Made by a program: the position numbers and the translations under genes
NCBI GenBank assembly: GCA_017935185.1
Contig: JAGBIC010000028.1
Span: 4,438 to 68,437, forward strand
DNA: 64,000 nt
Direction of reading: 5' to 3'
Origin: Alistipes sp.
Lineage (GTDB): Bacteria > Bacteroidota > Bacteroidia > Bacteroidales > Rikenellaceae
The notes under the pieces: model-generated
The model's database searches: none
What the model was told of the DNA's origin: nothing
The model's input: only the letters and a program-made list of their open reading frames with translations
Part shown: one piece after another, positions 10,502-20,231 of the stretch
How the letters are laid out: each line of letters opens with the position of its first letter
Numbering within the stretch: the stretch's first letter is position 1

Positions 10502-11212
10502 TTACTCCTTGCAAACAAGTGTGCCAATAGACTCTCCGTCAAGCACCTTCTTAAGGTTGCCTACGGTATCCATATCGAAAACGATAATGTTGAGACCGTT
10601 CTCCTTGCAGAGGGTAAAGGCTGTCATGTCCATTACCTTCAAATCGCGGTTGTAAACCTCATCAAATGTGATGCGGTCGAACTTTGTGGCCGTCGGGTCC
10701 TTCTCGGGGTCGGCAGTATAAACTCCATCCACGCGAGTTCCTTTGAACATAACCTCTGCTTCAATCTCTATGCCACGAAGTGCCGAAGCGGTGTCGGTAG
10801 AGAAGTAGGGGTTGGATGTGCCGCCACCGATGATTACCACATAGCCGGCCTCGAGATACTCTATTGCCTTGGCCTTTGAGTAGTATTCGCCTATGGGCTC
10901 CATGCGGATAGAGGTGAGAACCTTTGCCTTAACACCATTATCCTCCAAAGCCGAGTGTAACGCCAGCGAGTTGATGATTGTTGCCAGCATGCCCATCTGA
11001 TCGCCCTTTACACGATCGAATCCCTTTTTCGCACCCTGCAAGCCGCGGAAGATGTTTCCACCGCCGATAACGATGCCAATCTGCACACCGGTTGCTGCGG
11101 CAGCCTTAATCTGTTCGGCGTACGATTGTAGAACGGCAGGCGAAAGACCATATTTCTGTTCGCCCTGAAGCGATTCGCCACTCAACTTAAGAAGTATTCT
11201 GTTGTATCCCAT
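10502..11212 (-). CDS. pyrH: UMP kinase
   Basis: LLKLSGE, GGGNIFRG, DQMGMLAT and FSTDT motifs. Confidence 0.97.
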   Translation of the reverse strand: MGYNRILLKLSGESLQGEQKYGLSPAVLQSYAEQIKAAAATGVQIGIVIGGGNIFRGLQGAKKGFDRVKGDQMGMLATIINSLALHSALEDNGVKAKVLTSIRMEPIGEYYSKAKAIEYLEAGYVVIIGGGTSNPYFSTDTASALRGIEIEAEVMFKGTRVDGVYTADPEKDPTATKFDRITFDEVYNRDLKVMDMTAFTLCKENGLNIIVFDMDTVGNLKKVLDGESIGTLVCKE

Positions 11213-11535
11213 AGTTCAAAATATTATTTATTTATGCGAAGATAAGAAAAAATCCAATTATATCACACTTCGGATTAAACTTTTATGGGCGATATAGGTA
11301 TAAATACCTATTTTTGTCTATATAGGCAATTATTTTTTGGTTTATGCCGATTAGCGAAAAGTAATTTTGCTATCTTTGTATGAGTATATGTGTATATAGA
11401 AGCATTGCCATGAGATATTATTTCCATGGGAATGATGTGTAATAGGGTAGTTGCCCGAAGAAAAATTTGTCAAAAAGGAATTAAATGTGTTTCTTTGCAT
11501 TGCGATTAGAAACTAATAACTCAATATAAACTATT

Positions 11536-12807
11536 ATGGTAGATATTTTCGAAAGATTAGAGAAGAATACCGGCGGCCCGATTGGTCAGTATATGCAGTT
11601 GGTACACGGTTATTTTGCATTCCCGAAGCTTGAGGGTGAGCTTGGCCCTCACATGCGCTTCCGTGGTAAGGAGATGCTCAACTGGAGTTTGAACAACTAT
11701 CTTGGTTTGGCTAATCATCCCGAGGTGCGCAAGGCTGATGCCGAGGGTGCGCAGGAGTTTGGTATGGCAGCACCTATGGGTGCCCGTATGATGAGCGGTC
11801 AGACAAAGTATCACGAGCAGCTTGAGCGCGAGTTGGCGGAGTTCGTGGGTAAAGAGGATGCATTCCTTCTTAACTTCGGTTATCAGGGTATGATTTCAAT
11901 TATCGACTGCTTGCTCACTCCCCGTGATGTAGTGGTTTACGATGCCGAGTGCCACGCATGTATCATCGACGGTCTGCGTATGCACAAAGGTAAGCGTTTC
12001 GTTTATGCTCACAACAACGAGGAGTCTCTTCGTTTGCAACTTAAGCACGCTACCGACCTCGCCGAGGAGCAGCGCGGTGGTGTACTCGTAATCACCGAGG
12101 GTGTATTCGGAATGAAGGGTGACCTCGGTTTCCTCGATGTAATCGTTAAGGCAAAGCAGGACTTCAACTTCCGCTTGTTGGTTGACGATGCTCACGGTTT
12201 CGGTACTATGGGCCCCGGCGGTCGTGGTACAGCAGCTCATTTCGGTGTTGTTGATGGTGTGGATGTGTTGTTCAACACCTTCGCAAAGTCGATGGCCGGC
12301 ATCGGTGCATTTGTGAGCGGTCCCCGTTGGTTGATTAACCTGTTCCGCTATAATATGCGTTCACAGCTCTATGCAAAGTCATTGCCCATGCCTATGGTAA
12401 TCGGTGCGCTGAAGCGTTTGGAGCTTATCCGCAACCACCCCGAGTATCAGGAGAAGTTGTGGGAGATCACCCGTGCTATCCAGAAGGGCTTCAAGGATAA
12501 CGGTTTCGAGATTGGTGTAACACAGTCACCCGTAACCCCCGTATACATGAAGGGCGGTAACGAGGAGGGAACCAACCTTATCGTTGATTTGCGCGAAAAC
12601 TATGGTATCTTCTGCTCAATCGTAATCTATCCTGTTATTCCTAAGGGTGAGATTATCCTGCGTATTATCCCTACTGCCGCTCACACTTTGGAGGATGTTG
12701 AGCGTACAATCGAGGCATTCAAGGCTGTACGTGAGAAGTTCGATGCAGGTTATTATGCATCAATGCCTATCCCCCAGAAGGCAGACCCCGATTTCAAGGT
12801 ACGATAA
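11536..12807 (+). CDS. sulA: PLP-dependent alpha-oxoamine synthase, probable cysteate acyl-ACP transferase of sulfonolipid (capnine) synthesis (SulA/CapB; not the SOS sulA)
   Basis: NNYLGLA, DDAHG and TFAK251S motifs. A second Lys at 281 (SQLYAK) matches my recollection of Alistipes finegoldii SulA residues. Confidence 0.8.
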   Translation: MVDIFERLEKNTGGPIGQYMQLVHGYFAFPKLEGELGPHMRFRGKEMLNWSLNNYLGLANHPEVRKADAEGAQEFGMAAPMGARMMSGQTKYHEQLERELAEFVGKEDAFLLNFGYQGMISIIDCLLTPRDVVVYDAECHACIIDGLRMHKGKRFVYAHNNEESLRLQLKHATDLAEEQRGGVLVITEGVFGMKGDLGFLDVIVKAKQDFNFRLLVDDAHGFGTMGPGGRGTAAHFGVVDGVDVLFNTFAKSMAGIGAFVSGPRWLINLFRYNMRSQLYAKSLPMPMVIGALKRLELIRNHPEYQEKLWEITRAIQKGFKDNGFEIGVTQSPVTPVYMKGGNEEGTNLIVDLRENYGIFCSIVIYPVIPKGEIILRIIPTAAHTLEDVERTIEAFKAVREKFDAGYYASMPIPQKADPDFKVR

Positions 12808-12816
12808 ACATTTGCT

Positions 12817-12865
12817 ACTCAATAAAAATAGCAGCCCGAGGAGGCTGCTATTTTTTTATTGCTTG
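12817..12865. repeat. Terminator hairpin, left copy of a direct repeat
   Basis: ACTCAATAAAAATAGCAGCC-cgagga-GGCTGCTATTTTTTTATTGCTTG, near-identical to 13919-13964. Confidence 0.9.
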
Positions 12866-13878
12866 TCATTTGATTTTGCTTGTGGTTTTGTGAATTTATC
12901 CCGCACCAACTTAAATAATAAGGATATAGATAATGAAAATAATAGAGGCAGGAATAGTGATAACACGCTCACTCTGATGGTTTGCAGATTCTGTGCTTGA
13001 GGGAAACTTGCATGGAATGTCAGACCATTATCTAAAATCTCTTTTAATTTCACACTATCGGTAAACTCCATTCCCGTCATTGTGGTTTTGTCTGGAGTCG
13101 GATACATGTTTGACAGGTTAACCGCTCCCAGAAAATCAAATTCAATGCGTTTTGCGGATTCAGCATCTGTGTTGATTTTATAGGTATATACGCACTGCGA
13201 AATATCTCGTAATGTATATATGCTAGGTCGGCGATTAAATGTTGAGATTGAAAAGGTGAGCCCCAGCATAGGCATGGCGGTTTTACCAACAGATGCTATT
13301 GTGCAATGTTGTTTGAGAATATTATTATATTCGTATTTGATATTTTCATCATGCTTTACCTTCTCGATAGGCTGTGTAAGCACAAATGTATCATCCGATA
13401 CTAACTTGTCATATAAGTTTATATATAAGTATATATTTCTCTTTTTTATGTATGGTATGGGCTGATCATTTGTGTATATGCAATTTAAGTTATATGCATA
13501 GTTGATATGATGAACACTCTCGATTGAGTCGCCAAAGACTTTTATGAACTCCTGCTTTGTGGAGTCGCTGATATAGGTGCTTTGGTTTTGATCGTCGCAA
13601 TATTGTATGGATAATTCGGACATTGGTTTCGGAGCTGTTTTAGACATGGCGTGGTTGGTTCTAAAGGCCAACTCCAACTCTTTGGTTCTCAAACTATCAT
13701 TCTCGGCAAACGCATTACACTCGATATATAAGTTTCTAACATTGTTAAAACTGATAAGCAGAAGTATGCATATTGTAAAGCCTAATAACGAGCCGATCAG
13801 TTTCCAATATGTTGCATTAACTTTGGTTATTATCTTGACTATCGCACTCCAGATTGCATGAAAATATAATATCATCAC
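12856..13878 (-). CDS. AT-rich orphan membrane-anchored protein with N- and C-terminal hydrophobic segments
   Basis: 340-aa ORF with atypical composition and a TATCTTTG promoter element at 13902-13909 (minus strand). Confidence 0.75.
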   Translation of the reverse strand: MMILYFHAIWSAIVKIITKVNATYWKLIGSLLGFTICILLLISFNNVRNLYIECNAFAENDSLRTKELELAFRTNHAMSKTAPKPMSELSIQYCDDQNQSTYISDSTKQEFIKVFGDSIESVHHINYAYNLNCIYTNDQPIPYIKKRNIYLYINLYDKLVSDDTFVLTQPIEKVKHDENIKYEYNNILKQHCTIASVGKTAMPMLGLTFSISTFNRRPSIYTLRDISQCVYTYKINTDAESAKRIEFDFLGAVNLSNMYPTPDKTTMTGMEFTDSVKLKEILDNGLTFHASFPQAQNLQTIRVSVLSLFLPLLFSLSISLLFKLVRDKFTKPQAKSNDKQ

Positions 13879-13918
13879 TATAAAATATTAAATTGGACTA
13901 ACAAAGATAGCGAAAAAG

Positions 13919-13964
13919 ACTCAATAAAAATAGCAACCAGGCGGCTGCTATTTTTTATTGCTTG
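13919..13964. repeat. Terminator hairpin, right copy of a direct repeat
   Basis: ACTCAATAAAAATAGCAACC-aggc-GGCTGCTATTTTTTATTGCTTG. Confidence 0.9.
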
Positions 13965-13979
13965 CAATATAGGCGATTA

Positions 13980-14783
13980 TTATTGAGCGTTGCGGCGTTG
14001 CTCGCGCTCACGAATAAATCGTAGTAACTGCGGGTAGCCCGGCTCGCACATATTGTGGCCGTAACCGTCAAACTCATAAAGTGTAACATCTTTATGGCCG
14101 GCAATGCGCAACATGCGCCAGAAATAGGCGTTCTCCTCATAGCGCCCCAGCATTTCCAGCTCTCTGTCACCAAGGAGCAACAACATGGCGGGAGCATCAC
14201 CTCTCACGTGGTAGAGCGGTGCCAGATTGTCTACCAAAGGATGTTTGTCGCTCATGCCTCGTGTGCGGCGCTCCTCGAAGTGGGTAATAACCTGTCCGCT
14301 GAAGGGAATCACGCCGGCTAACGAGTTGGCGTCGATATTGTATTTTTGCAGATAGCTTTTGTCAAGCGATATCATGCTCACCAAATAGCCTCCTGCCGAG
14401 TGGCCTGAGATATAAATCTTCTTTGCGCTACCACCATATTTCTCAATGTTGGCAAATACCCACGCCACGGCACTTGCGGCATCGTCAATAATCTGTTTTA
14501 CCTCCACATTGGGAGAGAAACGGTATCCTACACCCACCACAACACAACCTTTGAGCAGCTGTTGCGGAATATCCTTATGGCCGCTTGTGAGTCCGCCGCC
14601 GTGGAACCATACAATCACAGGGGCATCTTTTGCATCCTCGGGAGTGGCTATGTCTATACGGCACATCTTTGTGGCGTAGTCATCATCGGTGCGATAGTTT
14701 ATATCGCGCTCATACTTGTAATTGGCTGCCATGCTTGTTGATATAAAAGCGGCAGCGAAAAATAAGAGGAAAAATCGTTTCAT
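13980..14783 (-). CDS. Alpha/beta hydrolase (HSL-like esterase/lipase)
   Basis: HGGG oxyanion hole, GHSAG nucleophile elbow and a signal peptide. Confidence 0.92.
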   Translation of the reverse strand: MKRFFLLFFAAAFISTSMAANYKYERDINYRTDDDYATKMCRIDIATPEDAKDAPVIVWFHGGGLTSGHKDIPQQLLKGCVVVGVGYRFSPNVEVKQIIDDAASAVAWVFANIEKYGGSAKKIYISGHSAGGYLVSMISLDKSYLQKYNIDANSLAGVIPFSGQVITHFEERRTRGMSDKHPLVDNLAPLYHVRGDAPAMLLLLGDRELEMLGRYEENAYFWRMLRIAGHKDVTLYEFDGYGHNMCEPGYPQLLRFIREREQRRNAQ

Positions 14784-14795
14784 GGTCGGTTGATT

Positions 14796-15458
14796 TTAAC
14801 GTATAAGTTCTATGAAATCGCTGTTTCTTTGCCATAATGCCTCGGTGGCGAACCACAACTCGCGCGCCTCGGTTTTAGCTGAGGGGCGTTCGCTACGGCA
14901 ATCTGCCAGATACTCATCGTCGATGGGATGCTCTTTGGCAACAAACTCCTCATACCACGCCTTGTGGCGTGTGCGCAGATTACGCAGTGCGTCGCGCTCG
15001 ACACCTTTTGTCTGACGATATGTGGCCCACAAGGTGAGCAACTGATATTCGGGACTCTTTGTGGAGATATCAAACATCGCTTCCTCCCAGCAGTCGAAGT
15101 CTTCCAGCTCGACGTAACAGAATGCCAATAGCACGCACACATTCATATGGTCTTCCTCGTCGAGAGATTGCAGAACCTCCCAAAGAGCTGTTGCAGTCTC
15201 TGTCTCGCCAATGATGAGCTGGTCGGCGGCAGCGGCGTAGATTAGCTCCATGGCGGAGCGGGTTGTTGCATCGTTCCAATCGAGAGTTACATCCTCATCG
15301 CCGATAGCTTCCATCAGCTGCTGCGTGGCGGCAAAGCGCATTTCGGCAGCTTGTGGCCACGAGTCATGCTCCAGCTCCTGCGAACGGCGTAGTATGTTGC
15401 CAAGCCCTTCCACGCGCCAAAGGCCCGATGAGGAGGGCTTGACAGATATTTTTCTCAT
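14796..15458 (-). CDS. Hypothetical all-helical (TPR-like) protein
   Basis: 220-aa acidic helical ORF, tightly packed in the operon behind cstA. Confidence 0.65.
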   Translation of the reverse strand: MRKISVKPSSSGLWRVEGLGNILRRSQELEHDSWPQAAEMRFAATQQLMEAIGDEDVTLDWNDATTRSAMELIYAAAADQLIIGETETATALWEVLQSLDEEDHMNVCVLLAFCYVELEDFDCWEEAMFDISTKSPEYQLLTLWATYRQTKGVERDALRNLRTRHKAWYEEFVAKEHPIDDEYLADCRSERPSAKTEARELWFATEALWQRNSDFIELIR

Positions 15459-15461
15459 AGT

Positions 15462-16895
15462 TTATGCAAGTTTCTTGTCGCGGGCTTTAATATAGAACCA
15501 CATTATGCACATGATTACTATGGTAAGTATGCCACCCAAAACATAGCACATCGTGTGGTTTGATAAGCCGATGAATTGCTTTGAGATAAATACTGCTGTT
15601 GAGCATATATAGGTCATAAATACAGCAGGGGGCAGAGCAATCCAAATGTTGCGGCGATTTTCGTGCAGATATACCACGATTGTCCATAGAACTACAACCG
15701 ACATGGCTTGATTTGACCATGAGAAGTAACGCCACAAAACATCGAAATCAACAAATACAAGCGCTAATCCGATAAGGAACAGGGGCAGGCTGATGAGCAA
15801 TCTTTTGGGTATTGAACGTTGCTCGATTTTAAGGATATCGGCAACGATAAGGCGAGCCGAGCGGAATGCAGTATCACCCGTAGTAATAGGCGCGGCAACA
15901 ACACCCAACAGAGCGAGAATGCTTCCAATTTTTCCAAGGGTGGTGTTTGCGATGGTGTTAACAACCCAAGCGGCATTATTGCCATGCTCGGCAAGAGCTA
16001 CAGCCAACGAGTCAGCACCAGCGAAGAATGCTATTGCAATGGCTGCCCAGATAAGAGCGATTATCGACTCTGAAATCATCGCGCCAAAGAATACCATGCG
16101 GCTCTCGTTCTCGTTGTTCAGGCAGCGAGCCATAAGTGGGGTCTGTGTGGCGTGGAATCCCGATACGGCACCACATGCAACCGAGATAAATAGAGTCGGT
16201 ATGATTGGCAGGTCGGCTGCGTTGGGCTGATAATTGCGTAATGTCTCAAGTGTGAGATTGGGTATGGTGTAGTCGCCAAAGAGTAATACTCCCAACAGAC
16301 CTAGTGCCATAAACATCAGTGCAGCACCGAAAATGGGGTAAATCTTTCCGATGAGCTTGTCGACCGGAAGCATTGTGGCGATGAAGTAGTAAACGAAGAT
16401 AATACCAATCCACCACCAATATGAGATGGAGGGGGTCATATCACCGAGGATACTTGCCGGAGAGCGCAGGAATACTACTCCAACCAAAAGCAGCAGCAGG
16501 ATGGTTATATAGCGAATCACATGGCGCATGCCACCGCCTAAATAGCGACCAACGATTTCGGGCAAACTCAATCCGTCGTTGCGTAGGAAGATAACTCCCG
16601 ACACAAAATCGTGCATAGCTCCGATGAAGATGCCTCCAAAAGTGATCCACAAAAATACAACGGGGCCGAAGCAGGCTCCCATAATAGCACCGAAGATAGG
16701 GCCGATGCCGGCAATATTGAGCAATTGAATCAAAAATGTGCGCCATCGGGGTAGTGGGATATAGTCTACGCCGTCGTAATGTGTAGCCGAGGGTACAGGA
16801 TTTTTTTGGTTGATACCGCACACTTTGTCGAGATATGCGCCGTAGGTAAAATAGGCCACGACAAGAAGTGTCAGACAGATGATGAATGTAAGCAT
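15462..16895 (-). CDS. cstA: Carbon starvation protein A family transporter
   Basis: NIAGIGPIFG, GAMHDF, ACGAVSGFHATQ and TTGDTAFRSAR motifs; many TM helices. Confidence 0.92.
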   Translation of the reverse strand: MLTFIICLTLLVVAYFTYGAYLDKVCGINQKNPVPSATHYDGVDYIPLPRWRTFLIQLLNIAGIGPIFGAIMGACFGPVVFLWITFGGIFIGAMHDFVSGVIFLRNDGLSLPEIVGRYLGGGMRHVIRYITILLLLLVGVVFLRSPASILGDMTPSISYWWWIGIIFVYYFIATMLPVDKLIGKIYPIFGAALMFMALGLLGVLLFGDYTIPNLTLETLRNYQPNAADLPIIPTLFISVACGAVSGFHATQTPLMARCLNNENESRMVFFGAMISESIIALIWAAIAIAFFAGADSLAVALAEHGNNAAWVVNTIANTTLGKIGSILALLGVVAAPITTGDTAFRSARLIVADILKIEQRSIPKRLLISLPLFLIGLALVFVDFDVLWRYFSWSNQAMSVVVLWTIVVYLHENRRNIWIALPPAVFMTYICSTAVFISKQFIGLSNHTMCYVLGGILTIVIMCIMWFYIKARDKKLA

Positions 16896-17097
16896 AAAAA
16901 TTCTAATTTAGGGTTAGAAATATTTGTTGTTGATACAATTTTCTCTTTATTGGTGTTGGCAAAATCCGTATGCGAATATACCTCTGCGAAATTACAAAAA
17001 AATATAAGAAAAAAACATTTTTTGGAGGTAAGATGTAACAACTTTCAAAATATTTGCGATATTTGCAACTGATAACAAATCTGCAAAAAGAGTTGTT

Positions 17098-17170
17098 GCC
17101 GCAATAGCTCAGTTGGTAGAGCGTTTCACTCGTAATGAAAAGGTCACGGGTTCAAGTCCCGTTTGCGGCT
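17098..17170 (+). tRNA. tRNA-Thr(CGT)
   Basis: GCCGCAA/TTGCGGC acceptor stem, TTTCA-CT-CGT-AA-TGAAA anticodon arm and GGTTCAAGTCC T-arm. Confidence 0.96.
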
Positions 17171-17199
17171 CATGGATTATTTTTGTAGTCAATATAGAA

Positions 17200-17234
17200 T
17201 AGAAAAGGTTGCCCCGAATGGCAACCTTCTCTTT
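17200..17234. terminator. Bidirectional terminator between tRNA-Thr and yebC
   Basis: AAGGTTGCC/GGCAACCTT stem. Confidence 0.75.
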
Positions 17235-17256
17235 ATACAGTGTTGAGCAAAACTTT

Positions 17257-17985
17257 TTACTCCTCCTCTTCGGCCTCGGCCATGGTGGTGTATACATTTA
17301 CCACATCATCGTCCTCCTCTAACTTCTCTTGAAGTTTCTCGACAGCCTCACGCTCCTCGGCGGTGAGTTCTTTTGTGTCGGTGGGAATACGCACGCCCTC
17401 GCCCGATACAAGCTCGTAGCCCTGATCCTCAATCCACTTCTGGATAGCACCGAATGACTCGTAGGGGGCGCTAACGGTAACCTCGCCCTCCTCGGCATAG
17501 AATTCGTCTACACCCAAATCGATCATCTCGAGCTCCATCTCCTCCAAATCGACACCCTCGGTGGGCTTGAACTTGAAGAGGCACTTGTGCTCGAACATAA
17601 AAGCCACGCTGCCCGAGTTGCCCAATGTACCGCCGCACTTGTTAAAGTACATGCGTACGCTGGCAACGGTGCGGTTGGTGTTGTCGGTTGCGGTCTCTAC
17701 CAAAAATGCGATACCGTGAGGGCCGTAACCCTCGTAAATCATCTCCTTGTAGTCGGCAGCATCCTTGTCGGTGGCACGCTTGATGGCACGCTCGATATTC
17801 TCCTTCGGCATGTTCTCGGCCTTGGCGTTCTGGATCAGAATACGCAGACGTGTGTTCGATGAGGGATCAGAACCGGCAGCCTTGACTGCTATCTCGATCT
17901 CCTTGCCGATTTTAGTAAATACACGGGCCATGTGACCCCAGCGCTTCATTTTTCTTGCTTTGCGATACTCAAAAGCTCTTCCCAT
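17257..17985 (-). CDS. yebC: YebC/PmpR family protein
   Basis: MGRAFEYRK, YEGYGP.G and TDNTNRT motifs. Confidence 0.95.
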   Translation of the reverse strand: MGRAFEYRKARKMKRWGHMARVFTKIGKEIEIAVKAAGSDPSSNTRLRILIQNAKAENMPKENIERAIKRATDKDAADYKEMIYEGYGPHGIAFLVETATDNTNRTVASVRMYFNKCGGTLGNSGSVAFMFEHKCLFKFKPTEGVDLEEMELEMIDLGVDEFYAEEGEVTVSAPYESFGAIQKWIEDQGYELVSGEGVRIPTDTKELTAEEREAVEKLQEKLEEDDDVVNVYTTMAEAEEEE

Positions 17986-18133
17986 AGTGAGTTATTTTTT
18001 GTTATTACTTTTTTGCTGGTCGCAAAAATAATAAAATAATTGTCAATGAGCAACCTTCGATGGTTAAAATCCTTATAAGACCGAGCAACTATTGTGAAAA
18101 ATAACTATTTTTGCAGAAACATAAACTAATAGT

Positions 18134-18700
18134 ATGGAAAAAGAGTTGCAAGCGGTAATCGAGGTGCTGCGAAACGGAGGCCTGATACTCTATCCCACCG
18201 ATACGGTGTGGGGCATTGGCTGTGATGCCACCAATGAGCAGGCTGTTGAGAAGATATACAAACTGAAGCGTAGCGAGGATAAACACTCGATGTTGGTGTT
18301 GTGCCGTGATGCCGATATGGTTGTGCGATATGTGAATAAAGCTCCAGGAATTGCTTTTGAGGTTATGGAGATGAGCGAGAAGCCTTTGACCCTTATCCTT
18401 GAGGGTGCTGTGGGTGTAGCGCCAAATCTTATTCCCGAAAAAGGAACGCTTGGAGTGCGAGTCCCCAATCACGAATTTTGTCATCAGTTGTTGCGCAAAT
18501 TCGGCCGTCCCATTGTTTCGACTTCGGCAAATATCTCAGGTGAGCCCACTCCTTTGAAGGGGTTGAAGGATGTCAGCCGTGAGATTATTGATGGCGTTGA
18601 TTATGTCGTTAATCCCCGTTTTCAGGGCAAGCCCACAGGGCAGCCGAGTGCCATAATGGCATTTGGCCCGCGCGGAGAGGTTGAGATTATTCGCAAGTAA
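18134..18700 (+). CDS. L-threonylcarbamoyladenylate synthase (Sua5/YrdC/TsaC)
   Basis: PTDTVWGIGC, KLKR and STSANISG motifs. Confidence 0.93.
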   Translation: MEKELQAVIEVLRNGGLILYPTDTVWGIGCDATNEQAVEKIYKLKRSEDKHSMLVLCRDADMVVRYVNKAPGIAFEVMEMSEKPLTLILEGAVGVAPNLIPEKGTLGVRVPNHEFCHQLLRKFGRPIVSTSANISGEPTPLKGLKDVSREIIDGVDYVVNPRFQGKPTGQPSAIMAFGPRGEVEIIRK

Positions 18701-18719
18701 ATCTCTCTGTAAGTAATAC

Positions 18720-18762
18720 GAATATCCCTATCGGAGCAAGTGCCGATAGGGATATTTCTTTT
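18720..18762 (+). terminator. Rho-independent terminator
   Basis: AATATCCCTATCGG/CCGATAGGGATATT stem with a T-rich tail. Confidence 0.8.
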
Positions 18763-18871
18763 GTAATCATGCAGTCTGAAACTCCCCGGAGACATTTCTC
18801 TTGTCGCCGGCATGTCTGATTAAATTTTAATCATTATATTTGTGATAGAATATCATTAAATCCACAATACT

Positions 18872-19969
18872 ATGAAACGACTTATTATCATTTGTATCAT
18901 CTCTGCAGCCTTTATGCTCTCATGCAAAGGGTCGGGTACGCCCTATTCTAATCCTTTGGATGTGAAGTTTGGTGACCCCTATGTTCTTTTGGCATCTGAC
19001 GGTAACTACTATATGTATGGTACTGGTGGAGTAAAAGATGGCTTCGGGTGCTACAGCTCCGCCGACCTTGTAAACTGGGAATATCGTGGTGCAGTATATC
19101 AGGGGAACACTCCTGATTCATGGGCAAAAGCCTGCTTCTGGGCCCCCGAGGTGTATGAGAAGGATGGTAAATTCTGGATGTTTTTCAGTGCCGATTGGAA
19201 GGAGAATCCCACCAATGAACTTGAGAATTTCCGTATTGGAGTAGCTGTTTCCGACTCGCCGACAGGCCCGTTCAGGGAGGTGAGTGATGGCCCGCTATTT
19301 GACCCGGGCTACCCAATCATTGATGCCAATGTCTTCTTTGACGACGACGGACGCTGCTGGCTTTATTATTCAAGATGTTGTTATAAGCACCCCGTTGAGA
19401 GCGAAATTGCAGATTGGGCGCGCGAACAGGGCCTTTATGATGAAATAGAGGAGAGCTGGATATATGGTGTAGAGCTTGCACCCGATTTTAGTAAGGTAAT
19501 CGGTGAGCCACAGCTTTTGCTCGCTCCTCCGTCAAGAATGAATGATAAACAAGCCGAGTGGGAGAGTCGCTCGGTCACCGCAAAGGAGGCCAACAGACGT
19601 TGGACCGAAGGCTCTTTCCTGATTAAGAAGGATGGTATCTATTACATGATGTATTCGGCCAACTTCTTTGGTGGTGAGAACTACGCCGTAGGTTATGCCA
19701 CAGCCACATCACCCCTTGGCCCCTATACCAAATCGTCGGATAATCCCGTTTTGGAGAAGAATACCGCTAGTGGCGGAATAGTCACAGGCGTAGGCCACAA
19801 CAGCATCATATGGTCACGTGACGGCAAACAACTCTTTTGTGTATACCATGGTCGTACTGCGGCTACGGGGCAGGAGCGTGTTGTATTTATTGACAAGATG
19901 TCTATTCGGGATGGCAAACTTCGCGTAGAAGGCCCAACCACCGCTCTTTCCGAGATAGACTGCAAATAG
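18872..19969 (+). CDS. GH43 glycoside hydrolase lipoprotein
   Basis: Lipobox MLSC, plus GDPY, WAPEV, IDA, EG and GHNS motifs. Confidence 0.92.
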   Translation: MKRLIIICIISAAFMLSCKGSGTPYSNPLDVKFGDPYVLLASDGNYYMYGTGGVKDGFGCYSSADLVNWEYRGAVYQGNTPDSWAKACFWAPEVYEKDGKFWMFFSADWKENPTNELENFRIGVAVSDSPTGPFREVSDGPLFDPGYPIIDANVFFDDDGRCWLYYSRCCYKHPVESEIADWAREQGLYDEIEESWIYGVELAPDFSKVIGEPQLLLAPPSRMNDKQAEWESRSVTAKEANRRWTEGSFLIKKDGIYYMMYSANFFGGENYAVGYATATSPLGPYTKSSDNPVLEKNTASGGIVTGVGHNSIIWSRDGKQLFCVYHGRTAATGQERVVFIDKMSIRDGKLRVEGPTTALSEIDCK

Positions 19970-19985
19970 TAATTGCAATACATAA

Positions 19986-20022
19986 CAAAAAAAAGCGTCA
20001 GACTTTTATCTGACGCTTTTTT
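19986..20022. terminator. Bidirectional terminator
   Basis: AAAAAAGCGTCAGA/TCTGACGCTTTTTT stem. Confidence 0.85.
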
Positions 20023-20023
20023 G

Positions 20024-20107
20024 TGCCCAGGACAAGACTCGAACTTGCACGAGCTAATGCTCACTACCCCCTCAAAGTAGCGTGTCTACCAATTTCACCA
20101 CCTGGGC
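20024..20107 (-). tRNA. tRNA-Leu(GAG)
   Basis: Reverse complement gives GCCCAGG...CCTGGGC-A, anticodon arm CTACT-TT-GAG-GG-GGTAG, a long variable arm and GTTCGAGT. Confidence 0.95.
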
Positions 20108-20231
20108 CTCTCTATTTTGGCGATATTCCGCCTAAAAGGTGTGCAAATATAGGTACTATTTCGTAAATCGCAAAATTTTTCTGCAAAAAACTCTATTTTG
20201 CAAGAAAAAGGAGTGAAAATATTCTCTCTTA

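Noticed and set aside
11371-11535. Possible riboswitch upstream of sulA
   Set aside because: Only one imperfect hairpin is present, with no recognisable aptamer motifs.
18701-20107. GH43 gene as an island integrated at tRNA-Leu
   Set aside because: I found no duplicate of the tRNA 3' end and no integrase.
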